DNA of 64,000 nt, from NCBI GenBank assembly GCA_951406725.2, contig OX597817.1:59024001-59088000 (forward strand). The letters run 5' to 3'. Below, in pieces: positions 50,374 through 63,479 of this stretch (position 1 is the first letter of the stretch; the number at the start of each line of letters is the position of its first letter). The notes beneath the pieces are model-generated. The model worked only from the letters and a program-made list of their open reading frames with translations, did not search any database and was not told the origin of the DNA. Source of the stretch: Octopus vulgaris. Its lineage: Eukaryota. The position numbers and the translations under genes are program-made.

Positions 50374-51150
50374 TAGCAGTAATACCCGTCGTTGGTCGGT
50401 TAACTACTTTTACTGTTTCTCGGGAGCCACATTCAAAGTATTATTATATATGTATATTTTACTCCTCCTGTATGTGTGTATTTTTATACGAGAAAAACTT
50501 GTAATAATTGAAGTAGAAAAAAGATAAATTTCATAAATGAACTTCTGTTTGTTTATTACATGATAATAATAAGTGAGTTGTATGTGTTATTTTATTTATC
50601 AATACATTAATGGTAATTATCTAATACACTTCATTGAAATAGGTAATTTATTCATTCTTGAATGTAATGATAGTAATGGTAAATTAAGTTATTGAAGTAT
50701 TCATGTTGCATTAAGAGTGAATATTTCTTTGTAGACAATGTTTTTTGTTTTATTTCGGGGTGCATTAGCAAAATGATTTGCTTTTGCTCCCACATGTGAT
50801 GCTCCTACATAAAGTTGGCCATGTGAAAAGCATAGTTGTTCAAGTTGCAATCCAGCAACTTTTAGTGTTTGGCCCAGACTTTTATTAATGCCCATGGCAA
50901 AAGAAACATGGATACGAAACTGTAACCAGTTAAATTGGAATGGGACATTAGATGGTATAACTGGTATGCGAGGAACGAAGACGATGTCACCGTTACCACA
51001 ACCAGTGAGAATATTTGCCTCCATGCAGTTCCTCATAGGCTTGTGCACAATTAGTCTTGCACCATTGCATAAGTTTTGTTGAGACAAATTAGGCAATAAC
51101 ATAATAGCTTCCTCTGAACCATTTAGTTTCATTTTGCTTGACAAACAAAC
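50373..51150 (-). mobile_element. Helitron 3' fragment with PIF1-like helicase C-terminus
   Basis: LCNGARL..VFVPRIP..QF..SFAMGINKSLGQTL..FSHGQLYVGAS..TKNIVYKE. Terminal hairpin remnant and CTAA (for CTAG) near 50373. Confidence 0.9.
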
Positions 51151-51183
51151 GGAATCTCTCTTTTACACACACACACACGTTTA

Positions 51184-51257
<74 letters not shown>

Positions 51258-51719
51258 TGTATGTATGTATATATTGATACATATATATACGTACATATAC
51301 GCTGACAAACATACATACCTGTGTATGTATGTTAGTATGTATGTATGTATGTACGTACGTACGTATGTATGTATGTATGCATGTATGTATGTATGTATGT
51401 ATGAATGTATGTATGTATGTATTTATGCATGCATATATTTCCTTGTCTGGCCAAAGCAGCAACGCAAAAACTCGCAAGAAACGGTCTGCAAATATAGTGC
51501 TTTAAGTAGCGTAGCAATAGAATAAAGTACCAGTTAAATACTGAGGGTGGTTTGACCAAAATCTCTGTCGTATAGAAATTATTACTCATATAGAGTGAAT
51601 AAGAAGGGGGAGAAAGAAAGAGGGAAGAAAGCGAAAAGGGATGAAAGATACATGTATAGTTCTCTCCCCCACAATCCCTCCCTCCCTCTCTCCCTTTCAC
51701 ACTGAATATGTAAATGTGT

Positions 51720-51766
<47 letters not shown>

Positions 51767-51889
51767 GTGAGGGAGAGAGAGAGAGACGAAGTAAAAAAAT
51801 TACATTTGTGCGCGTGTGTGACCGCGTGTGCGTTTGTGTAAAGGAACAGATATAGATATATACATTATACATATGTGTGTAAATATATA

Positions 51890-52763
51890 CGTGGTCTGAT
51901 CAATAGGTACCTGGTCTGTTGCCATAGTAACGAAGCTAAAGCACGCAGAGTAAAGCCGCTTGCCACAAATTGACCTTGATCTCTGCTGTGCATGCACACT
52001 AAGTTTTAACGTTCTAAGCTTACTTCCGCCGTTTACAGCAGTGCTTTGAAGAAAGGTGCGTAACGTGTGATCGTCGCATTGACCATGACAGAGAAAGTTA
52101 TCATGGTGATACCTGCTCAGAGGCCCACACTAAGTTTCAGAAAGTGTATGGAGAGGAGTGTTTGAGTCGCACACAAGTGTACGAGTTGTTCAAACGTTTC
52201 CAAGATGACCGACAAATGTCGATATTGATGAACGTTCTGGGAGACCCGCAACCAGCAGAGCAGGGGAAAACATCGCAGATGTGCTTGCAGCTGTGAGGAG
52301 AAATCGTCGAATCACCGTTCGTGAATTATCAGAGGATGAGCAGATTAGTTATGGTTCAGTTCAGTCCATTATCACTGAAGATTTGGGTAAGAGACGCGTG
52401 TCTGCCAAGTTTGTGCCAAGAAGACACCCGGGTTTCAGTTGCACAAGATCTCCTTGATTGAGTCGAGAACGAGGAAAACTTTTTGAAAACTTTGCGTAGG
52501 CCTCGGAGCAGGTATCGCCAAGCATCTGGCAAAATTTGATGCAGATTCTCTGCTCACTTTCTCTGTCGTGGCCAATGCGACCATCACACGCTACACACCT
52601 GCCATCCAAACATTGCTGTAAACAGCGGAAGTGAGCTAGAACGTTAAAACTTAGTGCGCATGCACAGCAGAGTTCAAGGTCAATCTTTGCCAAGCGGCTT
52701 CTTTCTGCGTGCTTTAGCTTCGTTACTATGGCAACAGTCCGGATACTTATTGATCAGACCACC
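51890..52763 (+). mobile_element. Mariner derivative whose right end is an inverted copy of the left ~250 bp
   Basis: TA-flanked CGTGGTCTGATCAATA / TATTGATCAGACCACC. Peptide KVYGEECLSRTQVYELFKRF..ERSGRP..RRITVREL..RRVSAKFVPR. Confidence 0.92.
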
Positions 52764-52768
52764 TACAC

Positions 52769-52802
<34 letters not shown>

Positions 52803-52854
52803 GGACGGACGGGCGGATAGACAGACAGACATGCGGACAGACAGACAGACAGAC

Positions 52855-52927
<73 letters not shown>

Positions 52928-52930
52928 TAT

Positions 52931-53230
52931 AGTTTCTTTATTAGCCACACAGGGCTGCACACAGATAGAACAAATTACAAGGTAGAGCTTTTCTTTTGGG
53001 GGTAAAAAAAAGGGAGTGGTGGTTTTCGATCAAAAGGGATCGTAAAAGGAAAGAAAGAGGACAAAAAAAGGGAGGGGTTTAAAAAAAGGGGGGAAGAGCA
53101 AAAAAAAAAAAAATGAATAATAGGGATCGTTATCACAGAAATGTCAATATGAAGTGTAAAGGGGAGGACAGGTGAGGTTTACCCGTGGAAAGAAAAGCCT
53201 ACGGAAAAGACCACGGTAACCTCGGTCAAT
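52931..53230 (-). mobile_element. Second copy (3' UTR only) of the Tx1-like LINE, abutting (GATA)n
   Basis: AGTTTCTTTATTAGCCACACAGGGCTGCACACAGAT..GACCACGGTAACCTCGGTCAAT matches 20239-20563. Confidence 0.9.
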
Positions 53231-53499
53231 GAAGTCAGATATTAAGAGAATGAGAGAGCCAGAAAAACAGACAGACAGACAGAAAGAAAAAACAGTCAGA
53301 CAGACAAAGAAAGAAAAAGAGAGAGAGAGGGGTGATAATATTGAAACGATAATATATATTAAAATCTTATTTTCCAATGTTTTCTTTCATATTTTCTTTT
53401 TATAAAACTTCTCTATAAAAAAAAAACTATTTCATGAAAGGAAGTTTACAAAATGACTTTTTCTTGTTGTTTTTTATATCACGCGCGCCCGCTTTCCTC

Positions 53500-54235
53500 T
53501 ATCGCTCTCTCTCTCTCTCTCTCTTAGCTTTCCCCTCCCTTTTTCAATATCTCTCTATCTTCTTTCACTTTCAAACTTTTATTCTCCCCCCTCTCTCTCT
53601 CTCTCTTCTCCCCGCTCCCTCTCTCCCTCTCTCAGTCTTCCGTTCTCCTTCTCTCCCCTACTCTTTCTTTTTCCGTTTGGCGTTCTCACCTCTTTTTACC
53701 TCAGTTTCTCTTTCTTTTTTCTTTCCTTCTCTCTTTCTTCCTTTCTTTCCGTCTTTCTTTCTATTTTGTTCTTTTAATCTCTCTCTCCCCTCTCTTTCCC
53801 TCATTCTTTCTGTGCTTCCTTTCTCCTTCCGCCCCCCTCTCTCCCTATCTCTCTTTCTGTGTCTGTCTCTTTCTTCTCTCTTTCTCTCCCTCCCTCTCCC
53901 TGTCTCTTTCTCTCCCTTTCGGTCTCTCACTCTCTTTCTCTCTTTCTTCCTGTATCTATCTGTCTTTTTCTCCCTCTCTCTCTCTCTCTCTCCCCTTTCC
54001 CTGTCTCTATCTCTATCTGTCTCTCTTACTCTCTTTCTTCCTGTGTCTATCTGTCTCTTTCTCCCCTCTCTCCCTCTCCCTGTCTCTCTCTCCCTTTCTG
54101 TCTCTCCCTCTTTCTCTATCCTTCTGTGTGTCTGTCTGTCTCTTTTACTCTCTCTTTCTTCCTGTGTTTATCTGTCTCTTTCTCCCCCCTTCTCTCTCTC
54201 TCTCCATCTCCCCGTCTCTCTCTCTCTCTCCCCCA
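53500..54235. repeat. Degenerate CT-rich polypyrimidine array
   Basis: Seen directly. Confidence 0.9.
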
Positions 54236-55104
54236 TTCTGCCATCATCATCCTCTTCAGCCCTACCTCAGAAGCAACTGAGCGCTTCTTTCCGCAACCAG
54301 ACCAAGCAATGGCGCTTCAGCCAAAATTCTACACAAAAACTGCATTATGCAAACCTGTCAGCCTTGACATTGTTGCTGAATAAAAGTGACTAACATACAA
54401 ACGAATCGGTTGTCTACCAATACTAGCAAAGAGGAGGAGGAGGAGGAGGAGGAGGAGGGGGTGGCGGAAGAGGCGAAATAATGAAACATTCTATTTTATT
54501 TCAATTTATTTTATATTTTATTTCTTTATTATTTTTTTTTTTTTTCATGTTTATTTGAACCAGAAGACATAACTTTCCAGTAAAGCGCTGCAGCTTAAGG
54601 AAACAGTCGCTACATGGTTGCTAGAAATAGCAGCTGCCATATTTCCTTGAGCTCGAACTCCGCTCTGTCGACTTAGCTGTTTGCCAGTCACATGTGCCAC
54701 ATGTCATACACATGGCATGTTTCTCTGGTGTACATGAATCATATATGATACACATTGCCAGATTTTTTTAGGGTTTTTTTTTTTTTTTTTGTTTTGTTTT
54801 TCAACTACCAGCGTAACTCGAGACTTATGAAAGGAAAGTTTTATATTAATCGCAATCTTTGAAATTAGGGTTAGGGTTTGAAATTCGTTTATACATGGTT
54901 CATTATAAACGATGCACAAGACACCAGGCTGTTAATCTAAAGTCTCAAAAAACAAATCTATAATCCACCAACTAATGTAGTACGAACCAAGCAAAAAAAA
55001 AAAAAAAGACTTCCATTAGCTAAAAACATCAGAATACGAACAAGGACGTTTGGGACAAACTTATGGAAATGCTTTGGACAGACGAAAGGTTACACAAGGA
55101 CACC

Positions 55105-55430
55105 GGTCAGGTCAGGTCAGGTCAGGTCAGGTTAGGTAAGGTCAGGTTAAGTCAGGTATGTGGGCATGCGCCGTTGCAGCGACTCGCTGCATCCACCACT
55201 TGTTAGTATCTGCTTGGGTCGTCCCCTGGCAACCCTCCTAGCAGTGTTCTAATCAGTCCCTATCTCTGCGAGATACTTTCTCAGCAGCTGTGACCATGTT
55301 TCATGTGGCCGACCAACACAAGCCAGGTCCTTAGAGGAGGGAACATGATACAGAAGATCCTACTCGGAGAATCGAATAACGTGAAAGAGAGTGCATCCCA
55401 GTTTCCGATGTAGGTCAGATACGTAATCCG
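55105..55430 (-). mobile_element. RTE-like LINE 3' end with (CCTGA)n tail
   Basis: Minus peptide VGRPHETWSQLL..VVDAA..CPHT followed by pentamer tail repeats. Confidence 0.6.
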
Positions 55431-55444
55431 ACCAACGTAATCCT

Positions 55445-55820
55445 AACCCAACCACATGGTTCCGGGTTCAGTTCTACTACGTGGCACTTTGGACAAATGT
55501 CTTCTACTATAGCCTTGGGCCGACCAAAGCCTTGTGAGTGGATTTAGTAGACGGAAACTGAAAGAAGCCCCTCATATATATGTATACATGTATGTATGTA
55601 TTTGTGTGTCTGTGTTCGTGTCCCCCCTTCGCAACATCGCTTGACAATCGATGTTGGTGTGTTTACATACCCGTAAACTTAGCGGTTCAGCAAAAGAGAC
55701 CGATAGAATAAGTACTTGGCTTACAAAGAATAAGTCTTGGGGTCGATTTGTTCGACCAAAGGCGGTGCTCCAGCATGGCCACAGTCAAATCACTGAAACA
55801 AGTAAAAGAATAAAAGAATA
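55445..55820 (+). mobile_element. SINE family A, nearly full
   Basis: Aligns with 38066-38440. Confidence 0.88.
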
Positions 55821-56000
55821 CAATATTAGGTACAAGCCTGAGCAAAACACGGGATAATTCCTGGCCATATGCATCTCAAATCTCTGCAGCCTCCAGAAAA
55901 GCGAATAACACATACAAACATTAGATCATTATTTTCAACCTTTCAAAGATGGTGTCACACTTTAGTTTCACTGAAATCGAGGCAGCGTTTTATAAATACA

Positions 56001-56374
56001 CTAGCAGTATCGCCCAGCGTTGCTCGGGTTTGTTTTGACCCTTTAGAATTGGAATTTTTGAAAAGTAAAAATTTTGCTTTATGTAGCTTGTTATTCTCTT
56101 TAAGTGAACATTTTCCTGGTTGAAATACACCGAGAAATGGTGATACAGCAGTCAAAAAATCGTAAAAAAATAGGGCTTTTCTTAGCAAAAAAGCACCTTT
56201 TTGATGTAAATAATTTTTGGTGTTAACATGGTCCGATTTGAAGAGCAAGCCTTCTTCTATCATACTTTCAATTTTGGTCAACTTGCGCCGCAGGGTCTCG
56301 GAGGAGATAGTGTTAGTTGAAGGCTACCAAACCTGCCATACACAGACAACTTCAGCTTTATATATATATAGAGA
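56001..56374 (-). mobile_element. Complete non-autonomous Helitron
   Basis: Minus strand begins TCTC(TA)n and ends with hairpin CCCGAGCAACGCTGGG then CTAG; inserted between host A and T with no TSD. Confidence 0.88.
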
Positions 56375-56540
56375 TTTTTCGTAAATAAAAACTTCAGCTC
56401 GCCGCTAAGTACAATGTTTACGTGGTCACGTGTGTCACGAGTAAGCATGCGTGGTTTAAGAATATAATACTATATATTTAATTATAATCAGCACATGTGA
56501 AAAATCAGCGATAATATGTTTTGACCTTGAGAAATTTTAG

Positions 56541-56664
56541 GACACACCTACATAATTTTCCGACACACCTTTATGATTTCGCGACACAGCTGCGCCATTT
56601 CTTGACACACCTGCTTAATTTTACCGCACACCTGTATCGCGGCGGTGCAGGCGTGAAAGCACTG
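56541..56664. repeat. Five GACACACC-like motifs at 21-bp spacing before a CACTG end (probable hAT subterminal repeats)
   Basis: Motifs at 56541, 56562, 56583, 56604 and 56625. Confidence 0.6.
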
Positions 56665-57159
56665 CTTTAAGTAATGTAGTCCTTGGTACACCTAAGAGTA
56701 AAGGAATGCATTTGATTATAGACCTGTCCAACAATAACAAACAACAACAACAGCAGCGCAGCCGCGGTTACCAACAATAGTCCAGCTATGTCATGTGATT
56801 ATTCACACATGGAAAATTTCCTAATTTCAATTCTGAATTCAGTTTGAAGTTATTGTTGTTCAAAGAAAAGTTTCGCAGCAAATTTTCGGTGAATGAGAAC
56901 TTTTTAGAAAAACGGAAGTAAATTCGGTAGGAAAATTACTAATTAATTACAAAAAAATGCTCGTTACTGTTGCCATATATTGCACACTTTCGATCTATTG
57001 TGATTTAAAATCCTGCAAAAATGTGGGCTTAACACCTTCAACAATGCAAGCTACTCTACCCAGCCATAAAATACATGCACGTATTCACACACACACACAT
57101 ACACACACACACACACACACATACACACACGCACACGCACACACCTATGTGTATGTATA

Positions 57160-57376
57160 TAGGTTTCAAATTTTAGCACAAAGCCAGCAGTTTCGGAGGA
57201 GGGGGTAAGTTGATTAGAGCAGCCCCAGTCTTCAACTTATACTTATTTTATCGACCTCGAAAGGATGAAAGACAAATTCGAACTCAGAACGAAAAAACGG
57301 ACGAAATGCCACTAAGCATTCTGCCAGCTCACCGCCTTTCATAATAATAATAATGATAATGATGATGATGATGATG

Positions 57377-57442
<66 letters not shown>

Positions 57443-57544
57443 TGTGTTTCTTTATTACCCACAAGGGGCTAAACATAGTGGGGACAAAAAAGGACAGACA
57501 AACGAATTAAGTCGATTACATCGACCCCAGTGCGTAACTGGTAC

Positions 57545-57547
<3 letters not shown>
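57160..57547 (-). mobile_element. Two SINE family B fragments separated by (AAT)n
   Basis: Core and head at 57160-57342; tail at 57445-57547. Confidence 0.75.
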
Positions 57548-57602
<55 letters not shown>

Positions 57603-57769
57603 ATACATACATACATACATACATACATACATACATACATACATACATACATACGTACATACGTACATACATACATACATACATACGTACATACGTACAT
57701 ACATACATACATACATACATACATACATACATACATACATACATACATACATACATACATACATACAAA

Positions 57770-58106
57770 CATAACTTTAACCTACATGGACTTACGCAGG
57801 ATTGCACCTAAGGGTTTATGGAATTATTTCTACAAGATCGGAAAGTTGAACTATGAATTTTTATGTTTCTCTTTCTTCTTTTTCTTCACTATTCCTTTAC
57901 TCCTATCCTCTGTGTTGTCATTTCATTAATCTATACTCTTCTCATTTTCCCTATTTGTCTCCGATGACGGAATATCGCATACTCTGGAATATTCCAGAAA
58001 CAGCTGTAAGACTTTCAATCTTTTTTCCAATAATAATAATTATGTGTATGACTTGAGATGCTTGCCTTGCCTTAACGTTTGTTGTCATCTTTAACAGTTA
58101 TGTATG

Positions 58107-58110
<4 letters not shown>
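57770..58110 (+). mobile_element. Penelope-like pseudo-LTR
   Basis: APKGL-like end of GIY-YIG ORF, pyrimidine-rich UTR and hammerhead motif. Confidence 0.6.
57957..58012 (+). ncRNA. Minimal type-I hammerhead ribozyme motif
   Basis: GTCT-CCGATGA-c-GGAATAT..ATATTCC-a-GAAA-CAGCTG-TA-AGAC. Confidence 0.75.
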
Positions 58111-58142
<32 letters not shown>

Positions 58143-58461
58143 AAATGGGACAAGAGCGCAAAACGTCCGGACAGCTAGGTGATACAAAAAGGGACAACAA
58201 AACATCCAAATAGACGATACAAAAAAACAAGGACGGGGCATTTGAAGTTTTCTTTCCTCAGTCAAGCACCAGATCATCCTCGCAATTTCGGCTGATTAAA
58301 CTTGAGATTGCTCCAATCTGGCCAGCCCCAAGGAAAAACTAAGCTAAGAGCATTAGATTCCTTGGAAGAAAGCATCGAATGTATACAAAAACAAGGACGG
58401 AAAAACAGACAATGTTACATAAATATAAATACAATATAAATACAATAAAAAAATATACATG

Positions 58462-58501
<40 letters not shown>

Positions 58502-58934
58502 TATATACAATTATATAAATACAATAATAATAATAATAAGCGCACTAATGAATAGCGTCACATGCTAGAAATAGACACCAAATGGCCCTAAGAACTACGG
58601 TTACCTGCTCCATTAGCACGGACTAAAAGCGAGGAAAGTAAATAAATAAGATTTCTGGAGAAATTTCTTCCCAAAATCCCTGGCCAACCTCTTACACCCA
58701 GTTATGTCTCCAACAATAATAACCCTTTGCTAGAGTGGGCCATAGTGTCCACTATATGACTGGGGTGTGAATCACGATCTAAAAGACTTCACCAGGCGGT
58801 GCTATTAAGTTAGACATGTCCTGGGCCTATACTGGCCGGAAGCTCAGTTTGATATATATATATATATATATAAAGTACTCCCTCGCCACATCGCGGGGTG
58901 TTCTGGAACGTAACACCCGCAATAGTCGAGGGGT

Positions 58935-59085
58935 TACTTCTTTCAGTTTCCGGCTACCAAATAAACTCACAAAGCTTTGGTCGGCCCGACACTATATTAG
59001 AGAACACTTACCCAAGGTGCCGCGCAGTGGAACTAAACTCAGAACCATGTGGTTGGGAAGCAAACTTCTTACCAGCCAGCCAATT
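58935..59085 (-). mobile_element. SINE family A, 5' half
   Basis: CTTCTTTCAGTTTCCGGCTACC..ACCATGTGGTTGGGAAGCAAACTTCTTACCA. Confidence 0.8.
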
Positions 59086-60717
59086 ATGCCCACCTCGAGG
59101 TATACCACGATTACCAAATGATAACATGACCAGCTCCATCTAGTCACTTTGAGTTATCTCCCTTAGCTCCTTTTTGATTAATTTATGTAAATTATCTTGA
59201 CCGTAAATGTGCACTATTTCTTTGTTTATTTATTTATTTTGCATAACCTTAAGTTCTTAAGCTGCTGGAGATAAGGTTGGACAATTGTTGTGCTGATGAC
59301 GGTTATCGAAGAAGAAACATGTGTCTTCTTATCTCCGGACAGTAAGTCTGTCCTTTTCCTCAATGATATGTCAGTTTTAGAGATATTTTGATTCTTGAGA
59401 TTATCTCCTCCTCTCAAATGGAATTAACTTTAATTGCAATTTGGTAATTATGATACATTCTCAAGAAACGGAAATGATTTTAAGAAACCAAGAATTTATG
59501 TCGTATGGTATTTGATATACCTGTATTTCTCTATGTTGTTTACTTGAAACACCCGGATATAAATATGCACTGAATGACACTTTTTTTCCTTTTACAGTCG
59601 GTGAATTTGCGTGGACCACTTCCAGTTTGGTTTGAATTATCTCAGTGTGAAAGCTATTGGTGTCCCTGAATGACACAGCTAAATGTTTTGATAACCCCTT
59701 GCAATGGTAAGGATCGGTATGGCTTTGGGGAGCAATTTCAATTGATAGGAATAAACAAGGAAGGAGTGCTGCTTTTTGAAACTCCTTACCCAGTGTAACT
59801 TCAGCATAATAACGAACGCAATGCAACAAACGATTTCAAGAATGTAAAATATAGTCACGGTTGCCTAATTTTCAGTTGGACAAATAGTGGGAACTATCAA
59901 TGTAAAAGCGATCAAACATTAAGTACGTCTCCGAAAGTGAAAATAATGATTTATTAAATAAACATGTTCCTAGGTTATACAAACATTTAGTCTATAATAT
60001 TTTAAGAGAGACTTTACGAACGTTTTTCACAAGTGTCTGTAAATGGCATTATAAATACTATATAAGGATGTTTTTGAACGGAGTTGGTTCAAATACTTCC
60101 TCTAATATTTAAATAAATATTTGGTGTGAAAGAAGAGGAAATGAAGACTGGGAAGGCAATGAATAAAATTTTAGTTGTGGTTGCGATAATGAATTCTATA
60201 TCAGTTTAAAATTAATGTCTTTGAGTGTCTAATCATACAGATTGATTTAAAAGTTGATGGTTACCCACTTAAGAACTTCGCTTTGCGTCCATGTTGTTTC
60301 CGATTCTGTTTCCCTACATGGCACTGGAGATTAAAAAGTGCATTTCTGCACTAACTATGAAATCATGTGATTTGCAGCTAAATTCTGTTTTTAAAGGGCT
60401 CTCTTCGAGAGTTGCATTCCCTCGCATTCGATACTATGTGTTTATTTATTTTAGTAGTTTTGACTTTAAGAGTCCCTCCTAGCGTGTGGCATTTATGTAT
60501 AGAAATGGCCTCAATATAATATATACATACATATATACATATATACATATATGCATACATACGTATATACATACATACATACATACATACATACATACAT
60601 AAATACATACATACATACATACATACATAATACATACATACATACATACATACATACATACATACATACATACATACATACATACATACATACATACATA
60701 CATACATACATACACGC

Positions 60718-61100
60718 GTTGGAATAGAGAAGAGAAACTGTGCACAGTTGTAGAAATTAGCTGCCCTGCGGATGTCAACATAAAGCTGAAGATCAGTGAA
60801 AAAGAAATTACCTGCGCTGAATTATTGAGAAATATGCAGTTACTCTATCCAGATTACAAGTTCAGGTTTATACCCTTAATTATTGTGGCCGTGCTGTCTA
60901 AATACCAATCTTGAGAAATTAGGCTTCTCTGAACAAGGAAGGAGAAAACTAATTCAAAGACTACAGATCCAATCCATCACTGGAACTGTAAAAGTCTGTA
61001 AAACTTTCCAGAAGTTTCTCATTTAAATATATATGAGCATGTCTAGATATCTAACTATATGCATGAGAATACATACATAAAACAAAACGTACAAATCTGC
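60718..61100 (+). mobile_element. R4/Dong-like LINE 3' fragment starting after (TACA)n
   Basis: WNREEKLCTVVEISCPADVNIKLKISEKE..LLYPDYKFRFIP..QIQSITGTVKVCKTFQKF; close to the 35955 copy. Confidence 0.9.
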
Positions 61101-61104
61101 ACGA

Positions 61105-61385
61105 AAGCACAGGTGTGGCTCTGTGGTTAAGATACTCATTTTGTAACCATGTGGTTTCAGGTTCAATCCCACTGCGCGGCACTTTGAGCATGCATCTCCT
61201 GCTATAGCCGTTAGCCAACCAATGCCTTACTTAACAAACTTGGTGGTACAGCCAAAGATGTCGATAAAATAAGTAGCGGGCTTAGAAATAAAAAATAAAT
61301 AAGTACGAGGGCCGATTAATTCAACTAAAGCGTTTCGGGGCTCAACCCCCAGCATGGCCGCAGTGGATTGACAGAAACAAATGTA
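61105..61385 (+). mobile_element. SINE family A-related copy without internal microsatellite
   Basis: GTGGCTCTGTGGTTAAG..GGTTCAATCCCACTGCG..CCCCAGCATGGCCGCAG. Confidence 0.7.
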
Positions 61386-61917
61386 AGGGAAAAAGAAAGA
61401 TATATAGACAGACAGACAGGCAGGTAGATATATATGTAGAGAGAGAGAGAGAGAGAGATGTGTACATGTGTGTGTGTGCGTTATATCGATGTATCAAAGG
61501 ATTGTATAATGCCTATGTACAAATGCGCAAGTGCTTAAACGTCTGTTAATATCCCTGTTGAATACGTACACGATTCTTTCCATTATACACAAGGAAATAA
61601 TTCTCTCTACATGGCTATCTCTATCATGTAGCGTATATAACAAACATGTATCTGTGTGCATAGGAATATATCAGTCAATGAGTATTAGACGGGTGGAGGG
61701 TTGCAATACAGAGGTTTAGCATTTGTCGGGTTTTCAGTTCCCGCTGAAGAGCGGCTTTTAGTCACTCGTCTCATCTTGCTAACCTACAGTTTTTTTTAAC
61801 TTTAGCGTACCCTAATTCTGAACAACCATTTCTATTGCGGTTATATGTATATATTTCCAAACACTTATAAACTATGCGCTTCTAAATATGTATATATGAG
61901 TGCGTGCGTCTATATGC

Positions 61918-61977
<60 letters not shown>

Positions 61978-62082
61978 GAATAAGAGGTATTTCGGTTGTC
62001 CCCACGTGGTGGATTGTAATGTATATAAGAAAAATAAAAACGGAAAATACGCACACTTACATGGTTATAGTATAATTTTTAA

Positions 62083-62119
62083 TGTATCGACCGGTTTCGC
62101 AATCGCTATTCATGATACA
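62083..62119 (-). ncRNA. Degenerate minimal hammerhead motif in a PLE-like terminus
   Basis: TGTATC-(ATGAATA)-GC-gatt-GC-GAAA-CCGG-TC-GATACA; 6-bp stem I intact, core mutated. Confidence 0.45.
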
Positions 62120-62468
62120 ATGTTTAATTTATATGAAAATATATTTTTTCTTAAGAAGAAAATGGGTCCATGTTGGTTATTATGAGATTCACGATAAGAT
62201 TTATAATGAGATTTAGGATAAGATCGTTAATTTAAAATAAAGCAACGATTTTATCAAGCGGTCAGCATGGAAAAAATAACCGTCAAAGGTAATAATTATT
62301 AAAATTATAAATTAGGGTATCTACGAGATGGCGCCATGCTGAAAATAGCAGCCATGATCTATCCATATATCAACACGGAGAGAAAACAAAGAGACGAGAT
62401 GAAACTACTAAAAAATTACTGGATAATTCTAGATCCCGGATTTCTGACTTTGCATTCAGGAATTTATA

Positions 62469-62520
<52 letters not shown>

Positions 62521-62747
62521 CACACACTTACACATACATATATACATACATGCTCGCGTGCACACGCACACACAGTTATAGATAGGTGGATTTACATATG
62601 GCTATAGTGTAAAAACTTCAGCTTCTTTCCAAAATGATACGTCAGTGATGTGTGGTGTATGCCACACACACACACGAGCGCGCGCGCGAAATGCTTACGT
62701 TTAAAGTCAATGATTAAAGCCCAACAACAACATAACCTTGTGTGTAT

Positions 62748-62788
<41 letters not shown>

Positions 62789-63413
62789 ATGTATACATAG
62801 TGTTACAGCTGTTATCGGACGGACCTTGAGCACGTGTTGTATCACAGTAGCTACATATTTAAAATTCCTATTTTTTCTTTCATTCGCTGATAACATACAT
62901 ATAGACATTTATATACGACTGTGTGTGTGTGTGTGTGTGTGAGTGTGAGTGTGTGTGTGTGTGTGCGTGTGCGTGTGTAAGATATGATAGCGAAAGAAGA
63001 GCATACATAATAGCACTACTATCAGACTCACACACACACATACACACAACACACGCACATACACATACACACACATACACATACACACACACGCATATAG
63101 ATGATGTTCTTTTAATTATTTTTATCTTCCCCTCGACACCACCACCACCATCACCACAATCGCCGCCATATTTCTTTCTCTATCCTTTCTGTTGAAAACT
63201 TGACACAAACAGATAGAGTAAGATAGAATGGCTGGGGGTGGGCAGGGATTGGAAGGGACACACGCTCTCTTTCCCTCCCCTCCCTTTCACAAACACATAC
63301 CCACACTCTCAGAGGTTTATTTGCCATAAATATTCCAGCAGACCATCTTAGTAATATTCTAACACGTAATAAAATAAAGATGGCTCCTTTACCAAAATAT
63401 TTAAGATCGCCTG

Positions 63414-63479
<66 letters not shown>

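Noticed and set aside
50701-51144. Host PIF1 helicase gene
   Set aside because: Intronless decayed fragment with substituted motif residues and a Helitron-type 3' end downstream
53434-54393. Longest ORF in the window (319 aa, Leu/Ser/Phe-rich)
   Set aside because: A CT-rich low-complexity tract lacks stop codons by composition
59293-59325. CTGATGA...GAAACATGTGTC hammerhead-like string
   Set aside because: Stem II is not adjacent to GAAA and no stem I pairing is possible
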